64,000 nucleotides of DNA, taken from assembly GCA_965198095.1 (NCBI GenBank), contig OZ240239.1, positions 118,641 to 182,640 of the forward strand. Reading direction: 5' to 3'. Within the stretch, counting starts at the first letter, position 1. The number at the start of each line of letters is the position of its first letter. Position numbers and translations under genes: made by a program. Below the pieces are notes generated by a model. The model was not told the origin of the DNA, did no database searches, and saw only the letters and a list, made by a program, of their open reading frames with translations. The stretch comes from Candidatus Latescibacterota bacterium. GTDB lineage: Bacteria; Latescibacterota; UBA2968; GCA-2709665. Shown piece by piece: positions 1 to 9,309 of the stretch.

Positions 1-1040
1 AGCTGACCGAGGAGCTCGGCGCCGTCCACGTTGCAGGTCGGGTTGTGGTTGAAATTGAAGATGTAGATGCCGTCCACGCCCTGGTGCCAGGCGTTGCAAG
101 CGGCACCGCGCAGGGCCTCCTTCGACGCGGGCACATACTGCGGACCGGGGCCGATTTGTTCAGACGGACAGGCGTAGACGTGACAGTCCTTGCCTCGGGC
201 CATCTCCACGAACCGGTCGAAGGGCGCGTCCGTGGCCGTATCCCAGTAGACGGAGGGCGAGATGCAGGTCACGGACCGCTGTTCGAGGACCGCCTCCAGG
301 TCCAAACCCATTTCGTGCGTGGCCTCCGGCGTCGCGGCCGTGCGGATCCCGAAACCGAGCGGCCGGCCCCTTTTTTCACCGATTCGGTCGAGCGCCGCGC
401 GGCAGTCGGCCAGGAATTCGGTCAGGATGGGACGGCCTGCTTCGATGTCGGTGAAGCTGACCATCGGCTCCCGCATCAGGTCCAGCTCGAATCCATCCAC
501 GTCATACCGGGTGCAGACCTCTTCCATCAGCCTGATCTTCCAGGCGCGGACCTCGGGCAACGCGTAATTCAGGCCCCGTGGCCCACCGGCCACGCCGTAT
601 CTGCCCTCGGTGCAGTCTTTCGGGATGTTGTATTCCGGGTGGCGCGTTCGCCATTCGGTCAGCCAGGCGAACCGCTCGCCGTGCCGGTCGTTGAAGCGGG
701 TCCCCGGCCAGAACTCCATCCCGGCGTCGTGCGCTGCCTGGACGGCCATCTCCCAGACATCCACGTCCAGGGACCAGAGGTGATGCAGGTTCTCCTGGAC
801 CCGATATTCCTGAAGATTGGTGTAGGTCGTGTTCCTGGGCGGCCTCGCCTCCGGGATCTCCGTCTTGTACCACGGCAGCGCGTCGCCAAGTCCGAACAGG
901 TTGCAGATCACCCGACCCACCTGCGTGCCGATCACCCGCCCGACGGCCTCGTAGACAAACTCATCCGGGCTCATCGGCGGCGCTGTTTGGAGCAGGAAGC
1001 TCCCGTCGTTGTTGTAGATCAGTCGCGGCGCTTCAGACAT
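1..1040 (-). CDS. GHL-family TIM-barrel glycoside-hydrolase-like protein, subfamily A paralog (3' end truncated by window edge)
   Basis: Minus-strand translation from ATG (complement of 1038-1040) gives MSEAPRLIYNNDGSFLLQTAPPMSPDEFVYEAVGR.. and continues through ..YDVDGFELDLMREP.. This is clearly paralogous to the 17702-19255 and 19949-21517 proteins. The track ORF 45..1121(+) is the antisense shadow. Confidence 0.6.
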   Translation of the reverse strand, partial: MSEAPRLIYNNDGSFLLQTAPPMSPDEFVYEAVGRVIGTQVGRVICNLFGLGDALPWYKTEIPEARPPRNTTYTNLQEYRVQENLHHLWSLDVDVWEMAVQAAHDAGMEFWPGTRFNDRHGERFAWLTEWRTRHPEYNIPKDCTEGRYGVAGGPRGLNYALPEVRAWKIRLMEEVCTRYDVDGFELDLMREPMVSFTDIEAGRPILTEFLADCRAALDRIGEKRGRPLGFGIRTAATPEATHEMGLDLEAVLEQRSVTCISPSVYWDTATDAPFDRFVEMARGKDCHVYACPSEQIGPGPQYVPASKEALRGAACNAWHQGVDGIYIFNFNHNPTCNVDGAELLGQ

Positions 1041-1090
1041 CGAGGTTGCAGGCATCTTTCCTCCCGGGCTCTGTTCAGAACGCTGTCGGT

Positions 1091-1912
1091 CTATGCGCCT
1101 CCTGGACCGACCATGGTGTAAGGTGCAGCTTCGTGGATATAGGTGAATTCGATATCGAGAAAGGATCTGTCGAGGTGGTTGTAGAGCGATTCGATCGAGG
1201 CGCACTCACTCACCCCGTGGTTGACGTGGACGAGCCCCATACCCGTGTCGAGGGCATAGCCAGCCATCTCCCACCAGCAGAACTCTGTTGCTACGAAGGC
1301 GTCCGCGCCGTAGCGATCTCTGGCCTCCACCAGACACTCCGGATTGCTGCCCCAGGCGCCGACGTTCGTCGCCAGGCGTTGCACAGGCATATCCGTGCTG
1401 CCCACGACGGCCACGTACTGCTGGCCTAAATCAGCGGTCTTCTCAGCGATCAGAATGCCGATCTCCCCAAGCGTCGTTCCTGCTGCCATCCGGCAGAGGG
1501 CAAAAATCGTTCCCGCCTCGTAGCGTTCGACCGTGTAGTCCGTCAGCCCAAGCGACTTCGGCCACCACTCGCATACGCCCAGCTCTGGATACCGGTCCCA
1601 GAGGTCGTGACACCTGATCGCCGTGATGCCGAGTTCATCCAGGAGCTCACGCTTGGCGTCAGAGCGTGTCCGGTCGAACGATTCCTCGTCGCGATCCTTC
1701 CTCTGCCAGATGATCGGCTCGTGAACGATCACGAGCTGACACTCTTGTTCAGCGGCTTTTCGGATCGCGCGCGTCGTGCCCATCCAGGTCACCGCCGCTT
1801 TCATCACCTCCCGATCGGCAGGCCCGTGTGTGATCCGATCGACCGTGGACTCCGGATCGACCCATCCCTTGCCCATCGCGTGGAGCTGTTGCAGAATCTC
1901 TTTCGCTGTCAA
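1091..1912 (-). CDS. Nif3-like dinuclear metal centre protein (DUF34/YqfO family)
   Basis: 273 aa. N-terminal LVIVHEPIIW resembles the Nif3 HHP/HEP metal motif. C-terminal VNHGVSECASIE resembles the Nif3 GHYxSE motif. Confidence 0.5.
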   Translation of the reverse strand: MTAKEILQQLHAMGKGWVDPESTVDRITHGPADREVMKAAVTWMGTTRAIRKAAEQECQLVIVHEPIIWQRKDRDEESFDRTRSDAKRELLDELGITAIRCHDLWDRYPELGVCEWWPKSLGLTDYTVERYEAGTIFALCRMAAGTTLGEIGILIAEKTADLGQQYVAVVGSTDMPVQRLATNVGAWGSNPECLVEARDRYGADAFVATEFCWWEMAGYALDTGMGLVHVNHGVSECASIESLYNHLDRSFLDIEFTYIHEAAPYTMVGPGGA

Positions 1913-1954
1913 GGCAGAATCCTCGCCAAATGTTGTTGGACCAGCGTGGGACGC

Positions 1955-2947
1955 TCAAACCCAGACCGTTTCAAACAGTCGCATCAGATTCCCTCCCATG
2001 ATCTTCTTCGCGTCGGATTCCGAGTAACCCCTCTTCAGAATGGCACGCGTGACATTGGGAAATTCCGCCGATGACCGAATGCCCTCGGGATTGACGATCG
2101 GAAAATCTACCTTTGCGATCGGACCTTTCCGGCTTTTGCCGATCAGGAGCCAGTCGAAGAACGATTCGGGCCGGCCTTCCGTGAAATCGGTCCCGATCGA
2201 CACGTGATCGATCCCCACGACCTTCACCAGGTAACCGATCACATCCACGAAATCCTCGAGGGTAGACTTGGACCCCGCCGCCAGGAACGGGGGAAAGATG
2301 TTGGCCCCGACGAGTCCCCCCTTCTTGACCAGGGCGAGGAGCTGTTCATCCGTCTTGTTGCGGGGATGATCACACAGAGCGCGCGGATTGGCGTGGGTGA
2401 ACGCGACCGGTTGGGACGATGCCTCAATCGCCTCCATCGTCGTCTGATAACCGACGTGAGAGAGATCGATCAGCAGACCGAGCCGGTTCATCTCTTCGAT
2501 CACCTCCAGACCGAATCGGCTCAGTCCCACATCGGTCCGCTCCAGACACCCGTCCCCCACGTAGTTTCGCTCCATATACGTAAGCTGAATCACGCGCACG
2601 CCGAGCGTCTTGAACGTGGAGAGCAGACGCGAGTCGTGTTCGATCGGCGCGGTATCCTGAAAGCCGAAGATGATACCGACCTTTCCCGCCGACTTGGCCG
2701 CTCTGATGTCGTCCGTGGTCCTCACCGGCATGATCAGGGAGCCGTGGGCCTCGAACATCTCGTTCCATCTCTCGATCTTCTCCACGGTCTCCTGGAAATT
2801 TTCGTGCACCGCGACCGTCGCGTTGATCGCCGTCAGCCCTCCCTGGACGAGAGAACGGAATACCGGTTCACCCCATCGGCTGACCTGCAATCCGTCGATG
2901 ATAATCGAGGCCTCGTGCAAACCCGATGCCCGATCTTCCGCCATCAC
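1955..2947 (-). CDS. membrane dipeptidase (peptidase family M19, renal dipeptidase-like)
   Basis: 330 aa with typical M19 regions (IIDGLQ.., ..LIDLSHVG.., HVSIGTDF). No signal peptide. Confidence 0.8.
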   Translation of the reverse strand: MMAEDRASGLHEASIIIDGLQVSRWGEPVFRSLVQGGLTAINATVAVHENFQETVEKIERWNEMFEAHGSLIMPVRTTDDIRAAKSAGKVGIIFGFQDTAPIEHDSRLLSTFKTLGVRVIQLTYMERNYVGDGCLERTDVGLSRFGLEVIEEMNRLGLLIDLSHVGYQTTMEAIEASSQPVAFTHANPRALCDHPRNKTDEQLLALVKKGGLVGANIFPPFLAAGSKSTLEDFVDVIGYLVKVVGIDHVSIGTDFTEGRPESFFDWLLIGKSRKGPIAKVDFPIVNPEGIRSSAEFPNVTRAILKRGYSESDAKKIMGGNLMRLFETVWV

Positions 2948-2969
2948 GCCCCACCTTCGGTGACGTCAG

Positions 2970-4091
2970 CTACTTTCGGACGGACACGCTTTCAAGCTTT
3001 GCTTTGTCCAGCTCGACCCCGATGCCTGGCCCTTCGGCCGGCACACTCGCAAATCCATCCCTGACACGCAGAGGCTCACGGGTGATGTCTGCGGCGAGCC
3101 ATCCGTCCGAGCCAAGCGGAAAATCGCCGCCAATCACATTCCAGGTTGCGGCGTAGAAGTGAGCGGCCGTCGCGGCACCCACGCTCGTGGAAGGCTGTCC
3201 TCCAGCATACAGAGGAATGCCTGCCGCATCCGCGATGGCGGCGATCTTTCGAGCCGTGTAGATACCGCCAATCTTCGCCAACTTGATGTCGATGATGGAT
3301 GCCGACTTCTGCTTTACCAGGTCCGTCACCGCGTGGATCGAATTCGCACTCTCGTCTGCCATAATCGGCACCGAGAGCGCCTCTGAGAGACGGGCCATAC
3401 CGTCCAGATCCCAGATGGCCAAGGGTTGCTCCACGAACTCCAGGCCGTAAGGCTCGACCATACGCTTCAGCCTCGAAAGGGCCTCGCTGTATCGCATTCC
3501 TGCGTTTCCATCCACGCGAAACGCGACATCGGGACCCAGGGCCTCTCTCACGGCTGCCGTGTTTCGGACATCGGTCTCCGCATCGGGCGCCCCGATCTTG
3601 CACTTCAGAAGGAAATAGCCTCGATCGGCCTGTCGTTTGGCTTCATCCGCCATCTCGCTTGCCGGTTTCATCCCGATCGACCAGACACAGGAAATCTTGT
3701 CCCGGAAGCACCCCCCAAGCAGGTTGTAGAGCGGCACGTCGAGTGCTCGGGCAGCCAGGTCGTAGACGGCGTCGCTCACCGAGGTCCGGGCGTAGCTGCC
3801 CCCGTTCACCGCTCGCTCCATGTCCTGGTTCAGCTTTTCGATGTCGAAAGGGCTGCGCCCCAGGATCAGCGGCGTGTAAACGTTGCGGATCAGCGACAGG
3901 ATCGTGTCCTGCGTCTCACCGCAGCCCTGAAAGCACGGGATCGGCTGTGTCTCTCCAAGCCCGATCGTTCCGTCATCCGCCGTGACGCGCACGAGGACGT
4001 TCTCCTGCACCTCCAGCGTCCCCGTGGCGATCACCACAGGGATCTTGTAGGGGATGTCGATCGCAATCGCTTCGATCTTCGCGATCTTCAT
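2970..4091 (-). CDS. enolase-superfamily enzyme, mandelate racemase/muconate lactonizing enzyme (MR/MLE) family (dipeptide-epimerase-like)
   Basis: 373 aa. Has the LKCKIG (KxK) motif and MR/MLE-type metal-ligand spacing. Sits next to a dipeptidase gene. Confidence 0.75.
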   Translation of the reverse strand: MKIAKIEAIAIDIPYKIPVVIATGTLEVQENVLVRVTADDGTIGLGETQPIPCFQGCGETQDTILSLIRNVYTPLILGRSPFDIEKLNQDMERAVNGGSYARTSVSDAVYDLAARALDVPLYNLLGGCFRDKISCVWSIGMKPASEMADEAKRQADRGYFLLKCKIGAPDAETDVRNTAAVREALGPDVAFRVDGNAGMRYSEALSRLKRMVEPYGLEFVEQPLAIWDLDGMARLSEALSVPIMADESANSIHAVTDLVKQKSASIIDIKLAKIGGIYTARKIAAIADAAGIPLYAGGQPSTSVGAATAAHFYAATWNVIGGDFPLGSDGWLAADITREPLRVRDGFASVPAEGPGIGVELDKAKLESVSVRK

Positions 4092-4157
4092 CTCGCCATC
4101 ACCATAGGACTCAAGCAGTTGATTGCGCGAAACTCCGTCGCGAGAATGACCGTTTTA

Positions 4158-4187
4158 CGGTACCCGTGTTTTGGTTGCCCGGTACCC
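4158..4187 (-). promoter_or_regulatory. GGTACC-N16-GGTACC box (copy 1; variant ..TTTTGGTTGCCC..) upstream of the MR/MLE-dipeptidase-Nif3-GHL operon
   Basis: CGGTACCCGTGTTTTGGTTGCCCGGTACCC lies ~70 bp upstream (gene sense) of the 4091 start. See the first finding. Confidence 0.5.
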
Positions 4188-4192
4188 ATCGT

Positions 4193-5146
4193 TCAAAATC
4201 CGGCGCCCTTGTCACAGACGTAGAGAAACGGCTCTCCGGCCAGATACCTTCTCAGATTCTCTTTCAACCCATCGGCCCGTCCTCTCCACAGCCGGTCTGA
4301 CACCGAAGAGACGTGCGCCGTGAGGAGCACGTTCTCCATGTCCCAGAGCGGGTTGTCCGGAGGAAGGGGTTCTTGCGCCGTCACATCCAGCCCCGCGCCT
4401 CGAATCCGACCTGAACGCAGCCCGTCGATCAGCGCGGGCTCGTCCACAATGCCTCCACGGGAAATCACGATGACGTATCCGCCCGCCTTCAGCTTCCCCA
4501 GCTTCTCCCGATCGATCAAACCGCGCGTCTCCGGCGTCAACGGGGCCGTGACGACAAACCAGTCGGAAATCTGAAGCAGATCGTCCAGCCGATCCAGGCC
4601 CCACACCGCCTTGACCTCGGCCGGAGGATCGAACGGCCGGACGTCGACGGCAACCACCTCCATCCCGAATCCGTGTGCGCGGCGAGCCACGGCCCTCCCG
4701 ATGTCTCCCAGGGCCAGGATGCCCATGGTCGCCTCGTTCAACTCCACGAACCGGTTGTCGTAGTGCCGCCAGTCCCAGCGGTGCGCCGCCTGATCGGCCC
4801 AGAGGTCGCGTCCGCGGTGGGCAAGCGTCAGCATGAACAGGAAGACGTGATCGGCCATCGGGTTGGCGTGCGGACCCCGGACGTTCGTGAGCACGACGTC
4901 GCTCTCGACCAGTTCCGGGATGGCGGTCACCCGATCCACCCCGGTCCCCAGGATCTGAACCCACTTCAGTTTTTCGGCCGCCAGGAAAGATTCCCGTGAA
5001 AGCTCTCCAAACAAGGCGTCCGCATCCCGAACCTGCTCGATCTCCTCTTCAGGTGTGGCCGCAGGCACAAAATCGATCTCCGGAAACTCCTCGCGAAGCT
5101 CGCCCAGAAACTTGTCCCGCACGTGGCCGGTGACGACAATCTTCAT
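4193..5146 (-). CDS. D-isomer-specific 2-hydroxyacid dehydrogenase (NAD-binding, phosphoglycerate-dehydrogenase-like)
   Basis: Start refined to internal ATG (MKIVVTGH..) with a GGGAGGAG Shine-Dalgarno. Carries GxGxxG (LGDIGRAV) and a catalytic R/E/H arrangement. ORF track 4193..5212. Confidence 0.8.
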   Translation of the reverse strand: MKIVVTGHVRDKFLGELREEFPEIDFVPAATPEEEIEQVRDADALFGELSRESFLAAEKLKWVQILGTGVDRVTAIPELVESDVVLTNVRGPHANPMADHVFLFMLTLAHRGRDLWADQAAHRWDWRHYDNRFVELNEATMGILALGDIGRAVARRAHGFGMEVVAVDVRPFDPPAEVKAVWGLDRLDDLLQISDWFVVTAPLTPETRGLIDREKLGKLKAGGYVIVISRGGIVDEPALIDGLRSGRIRGAGLDVTAQEPLPPDNPLWDMENVLLTAHVSSVSDRLWRGRADGLKENLRRYLAGEPFLYVCDKGAGF

Positions 5147-5147
5147 C

Positions 5148-6458
5148 TCACGCTCCTCCCTGTTCGTTGTCCGACGTGAACCTGACCTGCCTGAATCGAT
5201 TCGCCAGGTCACGCACCCTTCTTCTGACCTGCTCAGGATCCTCCTCTTTTAGAGCATCCACGATACAGTCCGCGACCTCGGGCACGTCCGCCGCCGTCAT
5301 CCCGGTCCGCGTGAGCTCCTGGACACCCATGCGTATGCCATGGCTTCCGACCTCCCGAGGAATCGCCATCGCCCCCGCGATGATGTTGCACGCCTCAAGC
5401 CTGTCCGCGACCGCCTTGCCCTCGCCGAACGCATCCACGACCAGAAGCAACGTGTGCGTCTCCGTGTAACCCAACGCTTCTCCGATGAGGGGAACCCCGC
5501 GTTCGTGCAGCGCGGCACCCAGCGCCTTCGCATTGCCGATGACCGCGCTCGCGTGCGCTTCGCCGAACTCGATCCACTCCAGGAAGGTGGCTGCGAGGGC
5601 CGGGATGCGTCCGAGATGGTGATTGCTCTCCAGGAGCGGCGCAATCGCAGGGCCGATCTGCTCCGCCAGCGACTCGTCATTCGTCAGGACCAGACCCCCC
5701 TGAGGGCCGGCCAGCGTCTTGTGGGTACTGGAGATCACCACGTCGGCCCCCTCCTCCAGCGGGGATGGGAACCGCTTTCCGGCAATCAGGCCGATGACGT
5801 GGGCCGCGTCGAAGATCAGGCAGGCATCCGGAACATACCGGTCCATGGCCTCTCTGATCGCCCTCACCGGCTGCCGAAACAGGAAGACCCCCGACCCGAT
5901 CGTCACCAGCCTGGGTCTCTCCCTTTCGATGAGCGAGACCGTCTTTTCGAGATCGATGTTGTATCGCGGCCCGTCCCACGGAATCGAGATCGACTTGAGG
6001 TCGATCTCGAGCGGCGTCTCGGACAGCTTCTTGGCGTATTCGTGTCCGTTGAACACCTCCAGGGCCGTGTCCCCGGGTCTGGCGAGTGCGAAGGTCGTTG
6101 CAATACCGGCCAGGTTTCCCGACAGGGGACGCAGGTCGACGTAGGCCGCTCCGAAAAGCTCCTTCGCCAGCTCGTGCGCCAGCGCCTCGATCTCCGCGAT
6201 GTACCGATTTCCCTGGTAATGCCGGTGAAACAGGTCGATGCCGATGTAGTTGCCATACCGGTGATTCAGCTCGTGAGCGAACAGCCGATCCACGAGCGCG
6301 CTCGGGTGATTCTCGGAGGCGATGAGATTCAGGCTGTTCTCCCTGAATTCGCTGTGTCGATCGATCAGGGCATCAATCTGTTGGACTCTCGATTCGAAGT
6401 TCACGTCTCTCCTCGCTGGTAAAAATGTCCTGGTTGTCTTCTGGCCTGAATCATTCAT
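5148..6458 (-). CDS. glyA: serine hydroxymethyltransferase family protein (PLP-dependent)
   Basis: 436 aa. Has the SHMT signatures LIASEN and SSTHKTLAGPQGG (PLP lysine). Divergent N-terminus, so it could be a paralogous aldolase rather than the housekeeping enzyme. Confidence 0.65.
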   Translation of the reverse strand: MNDSGQKTTRTFLPARRDVNFESRVQQIDALIDRHSEFRENSLNLIASENHPSALVDRLFAHELNHRYGNYIGIDLFHRHYQGNRYIAEIEALAHELAKELFGAAYVDLRPLSGNLAGIATTFALARPGDTALEVFNGHEYAKKLSETPLEIDLKSISIPWDGPRYNIDLEKTVSLIERERPRLVTIGSGVFLFRQPVRAIREAMDRYVPDACLIFDAAHVIGLIAGKRFPSPLEEGADVVISSTHKTLAGPQGGLVLTNDESLAEQIGPAIAPLLESNHHLGRIPALAATFLEWIEFGEAHASAVIGNAKALGAALHERGVPLIGEALGYTETHTLLLVVDAFGEGKAVADRLEACNIIAGAMAIPREVGSHGIRMGVQELTRTGMTAADVPEVADCIVDALKEEDPEQVRRRVRDLANRFRQVRFTSDNEQGGA

Positions 6459-6543
6459 GAATTGTCACGGATAGCTGCTTTATTCGCGAATCAATCAACT
6501 CCACCTCGGCACAATGGCTTGTCGAGCGGTTGAGGAAGCGTGT

Positions 6544-6579
6544 GTGAAGGTGGGGCAGACATTCCTGTCTGCCCTTCAC
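6544..6579 (-). terminator. stem-loop downstream of the aldo/keto reductase gene
   Basis: GTGAAGG-TGG-GGCAGACA ttcc TGTCTGCC-CTTCAC, about 120 nt after the aldo/keto reductase stop. No clear U-tract. Confidence 0.35.
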
Positions 6580-6696
6580 ATTGTCCTTCTGCCGGAATGC
6601 ACACAGAAGAAAGGCTTGCGCCGCCCTTATAGAGCCAATACTCGTCGTCGGACGAGAGTTGTATCGAGGGGTCGGTTTTCGCAATGTGCCTCGGAT

Positions 6697-7680
6697 CTAT
6701 CCAATCCAGCCCGGTGTCGTGATCGTATCTGCGATCTCGAAGACACGCTTCAGTTCCTCATCGGAGAGTGACGCCACATCACATACCGCCACGTTCTCCT
6801 CGATCTGTCCGCGGGTCTTCGCACCCGCGATCACGCACGACACCCCCGGGTGGTCCAGAACGAACCGGAGCGCCGCCTGCGCCATCGTCCGACCCGGACG
6901 GGCGATAAAGTCGAGTTGAGGAAGCTTCTTCAGCGCGTCGACCGATTCCGGCCGGTTGAATCGCTCGAACCGCACGTCTTCTTTCGTGAGGGTCTTGGCG
7001 TCCGGGCCGTGGTAGTTTCCGCTCAGCCACCCCTTGGCAAGGGGGACTCGAATCAGCGTCCCGATCTCCTGCGCCTTTGCCCAGTGGAGCAGCGCATCGG
7101 CATCCCGCTCGATCAGGTTATAGCCAATCTGCAGGACGTCGATCGGCCCCAAAGCCCGCAGCTTGTCAATGGCCTCCCGATCGTTGATCGAAATCCCGTA
7201 CCATCTCACCTTCCCCTCCCGCTTGAGCGCCTCCAGCGTCTCCATCACCGCCGGCATGGCCCATTCGTGAGGCACGGCGTGGAGCTGATACAGGTCGATC
7301 CAATCTGTTTTCAACCGCTCCAGGCTGCCTTCACACGCCTCACGGATCCGCCTTCGGACCGACGCTTCGTCCACCTGCCCCTCTTCGATCCCCTGATTGG
7401 GCGCAACCTTCGTGGCGATGATCCATTTCTCCCTTCGGCCCTTCAGGGCCCTTCCGGCCAGGACCTCGCTGTGTCCGCCTCCGTAGCCTTCCGCCGAATC
7501 GATCAGGTTCACGCCCAGCTCCTCGGCCCGGTGAAGAAGCGCGATCGACTCCTCGTCATTCGTTCCCGTCCACCCGTAGAACGATCCATCCTCCCGCTTG
7601 CGCAGTCCCGCGATCGGGAAGGCCCCGAGGCCGATCTCCGACACCTGCAGTCCGGTCTTTCCGAATGTCCGATATTTCAT
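6697..7680 (-). CDS. aldo/keto reductase
   Basis: Start refined to MKYRTFGKTGLQVSEIGLG (canonical aldo/keto reductase N-terminus). ORF track 6697..7701. Confidence 0.85.
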   Translation of the reverse strand: MKYRTFGKTGLQVSEIGLGAFPIAGLRKREDGSFYGWTGTNDEESIALLHRAEELGVNLIDSAEGYGGGHSEVLAGRALKGRREKWIIATKVAPNQGIEEGQVDEASVRRRIREACEGSLERLKTDWIDLYQLHAVPHEWAMPAVMETLEALKREGKVRWYGISINDREAIDKLRALGPIDVLQIGYNLIERDADALLHWAKAQEIGTLIRVPLAKGWLSGNYHGPDAKTLTKEDVRFERFNRPESVDALKKLPQLDFIARPGRTMAQAALRFVLDHPGVSCVIAGAKTRGQIEENVAVCDVASLSDEELKRVFEIADTITTPGWIG

Positions 7681-7704
7681 ACGCCAGCACTTCGATGACA
7701 TCGG

Positions 7705-9288
7705 TTATCCGCGATTGTCCTCACCTGAACAAGAGATACGCACGTGCACGTTCTTCACGACGATACCCCTGTTGGAAGGGTCCCGGTTGATCATCCTGAT
7801 CCTGTTCGACCCCTTCAGAATCTGCTCCGGCTCGACGCTGAAGCTGACCCATTCGCCATTCAGCGAGCCGCCCGAAACATCGCGGTCGTTCAGCCTCACC
7901 TCCACGCCCTCCGCAACGCTCAGTCCGTCGGCCTGAATGCTGAGCGTCACATCAGGTCTTTGACCCCGCCGATCGCCCGACGGATCCTCGCCGATCGTCA
8001 TGGTCACCGTGAAAGGCCGTGTGGGCTCGAGCTTCGCGGGACATTCCGGGTCCAGCACGGTGGGCAGCTCACAAAAACGAAGGAGATCTCGAATCTCTCG
8101 CCCCAGGAGAAACCGAAAATGCCCGTCCGAGAAATAGTCCTTGTCGAGCCGTGACAGGAAATCGGGGTCCCCCATCTCTCGCCACCCCGAGCTTTCGGGA
8201 TCGTCCGGCTGGCGTCTCTGTCCTCTCATTCCCGGTCGATTGGGGACGAGGTCGAAGTAGTTGAAGGTATAGACCCCGTCGGCGCCCGAGTGCCAGACAT
8301 TCATAGCGCGAGCGCGGAAATTTCTCATCGGAAGGCCGTCCTGAACGTCGGCCGGTCCCTCACGCCGTTTGGACCCGGACCAGCTCAGGCAGGGATAAAC
8401 CGTCACGCCGTGGCTGCGGCCCAGCGCCACCCACGCATCCCAGGGCGCCAACTCCCACTCGCCCGGAATCAGCAGGTCCACGAGCCCCTGTTCCAGCCAC
8501 GCCCTCACGTCCAGGCCGATCGCCTCGCAGCACGAAACCGAAGCGGGAATCCGCACCGCGACGAGGATCGGGCGCCTCCGCTCCAGGCCGATCCGTTCCG
8601 TCATGTCCCGAACCCGGCGAAGCAGGTCGGTCATCACATCCCGCTCCGCCTGCGTGCAGTCCTTCCCGTTCGCGTTGCACCTGAAGTGAGGCGGGTGGCG
8701 CATCCAGTCCATCTCGATCCCGTCCACGTCGTACCGCTTGCAGACATCCTCCTGCATCCCGAACGCTTTCTCCCGGACCTCCGCCTCGTCGTAGGCCGCC
8801 CCGGACCAGAATCCGAAGGCAGGAGGATCCTCGAGAGACCCGAACAGGAGCTGAGGGTTGTCCCCCTTGAACTGAGACCCCAGCATGTGCCACAGCGGGT
8901 AGGCGTCGTGGATGTCGTTCATCCGCATCGACCAGAAGACCTCGATCCCGTTCGCCCTGCAGAAGTCGACCATGATCTCCAGCGGGTCCAGACCGGCCTC
9001 GTGAAACGCCTTCGTCCGGTTCGCCTCGAACACGCCCTCTCTGGAAACGAACGGCTCGGAGACGTCGCTCATATGGGTCGCCATCCCCAGGCCGGCGCTC
9101 GTGCAGTAGAAGATCGAATCCACGTGCGTGCCGAGGAGGGGCGTCGTTCGGTCGGCCAGGAGCGCCTCGCGACTGATATCCTTGTCGCCAAGCCTATACA
9201 TAATAGTATTGCCGTCGTTATTGAAGATCACGCGCCGCCTGCGATGGGTGGCCTGCTCACGTCTCCTTCTGAGTTCGTCGAGTTGCAC
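7705..9288 (-). CDS. GHL-family TIM-barrel glycoside-hydrolase-like protein, subfamily B (N-terminal RRREQ-rich extension)
   Basis: 527 aa. Motifs ..RRVIFNNDGNTIMY.., DSIFYC, ..YDVDGIEMDWMRHP.. Likely GTG start. No signal peptide. Tandem paralog of the 9310 gene. Confidence 0.6.
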   Translation of the reverse strand: MQLDELRRRREQATHRRRRVIFNNDGNTIMYRLGDKDISREALLADRTTPLLGTHVDSIFYCTSAGLGMATHMSDVSEPFVSREGVFEANRTKAFHEAGLDPLEIMVDFCRANGIEVFWSMRMNDIHDAYPLWHMLGSQFKGDNPQLLFGSLEDPPAFGFWSGAAYDEAEVREKAFGMQEDVCKRYDVDGIEMDWMRHPPHFRCNANGKDCTQAERDVMTDLLRRVRDMTERIGLERRRPILVAVRIPASVSCCEAIGLDVRAWLEQGLVDLLIPGEWELAPWDAWVALGRSHGVTVYPCLSWSGSKRREGPADVQDGLPMRNFRARAMNVWHSGADGVYTFNYFDLVPNRPGMRGQRRQPDDPESSGWREMGDPDFLSRLDKDYFSDGHFRFLLGREIRDLLRFCELPTVLDPECPAKLEPTRPFTVTMTIGEDPSGDRRGQRPDVTLSIQADGLSVAEGVEVRLNDRDVSGGSLNGEWVSFSVEPEQILKGSNRIRMINRDPSNRGIVVKNVHVRISCSGEDNRG

Positions 9289-9309
9289 GTCCCGAATCTC
9301 CGTGAAGGA

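Noticed and set aside
5148-6458. Treating the SHMT-family gene as the housekeeping glyA with certainty
   Set aside because: The motifs are clearly SHMT-family. But the catabolic context, the N-terminal extension and the co-transcription with a 2-hydroxyacid dehydrogenase leave open a specialised paralog such as a threonine or alpha-methylserine aldolase. The symbol is kept with reduced confidence.
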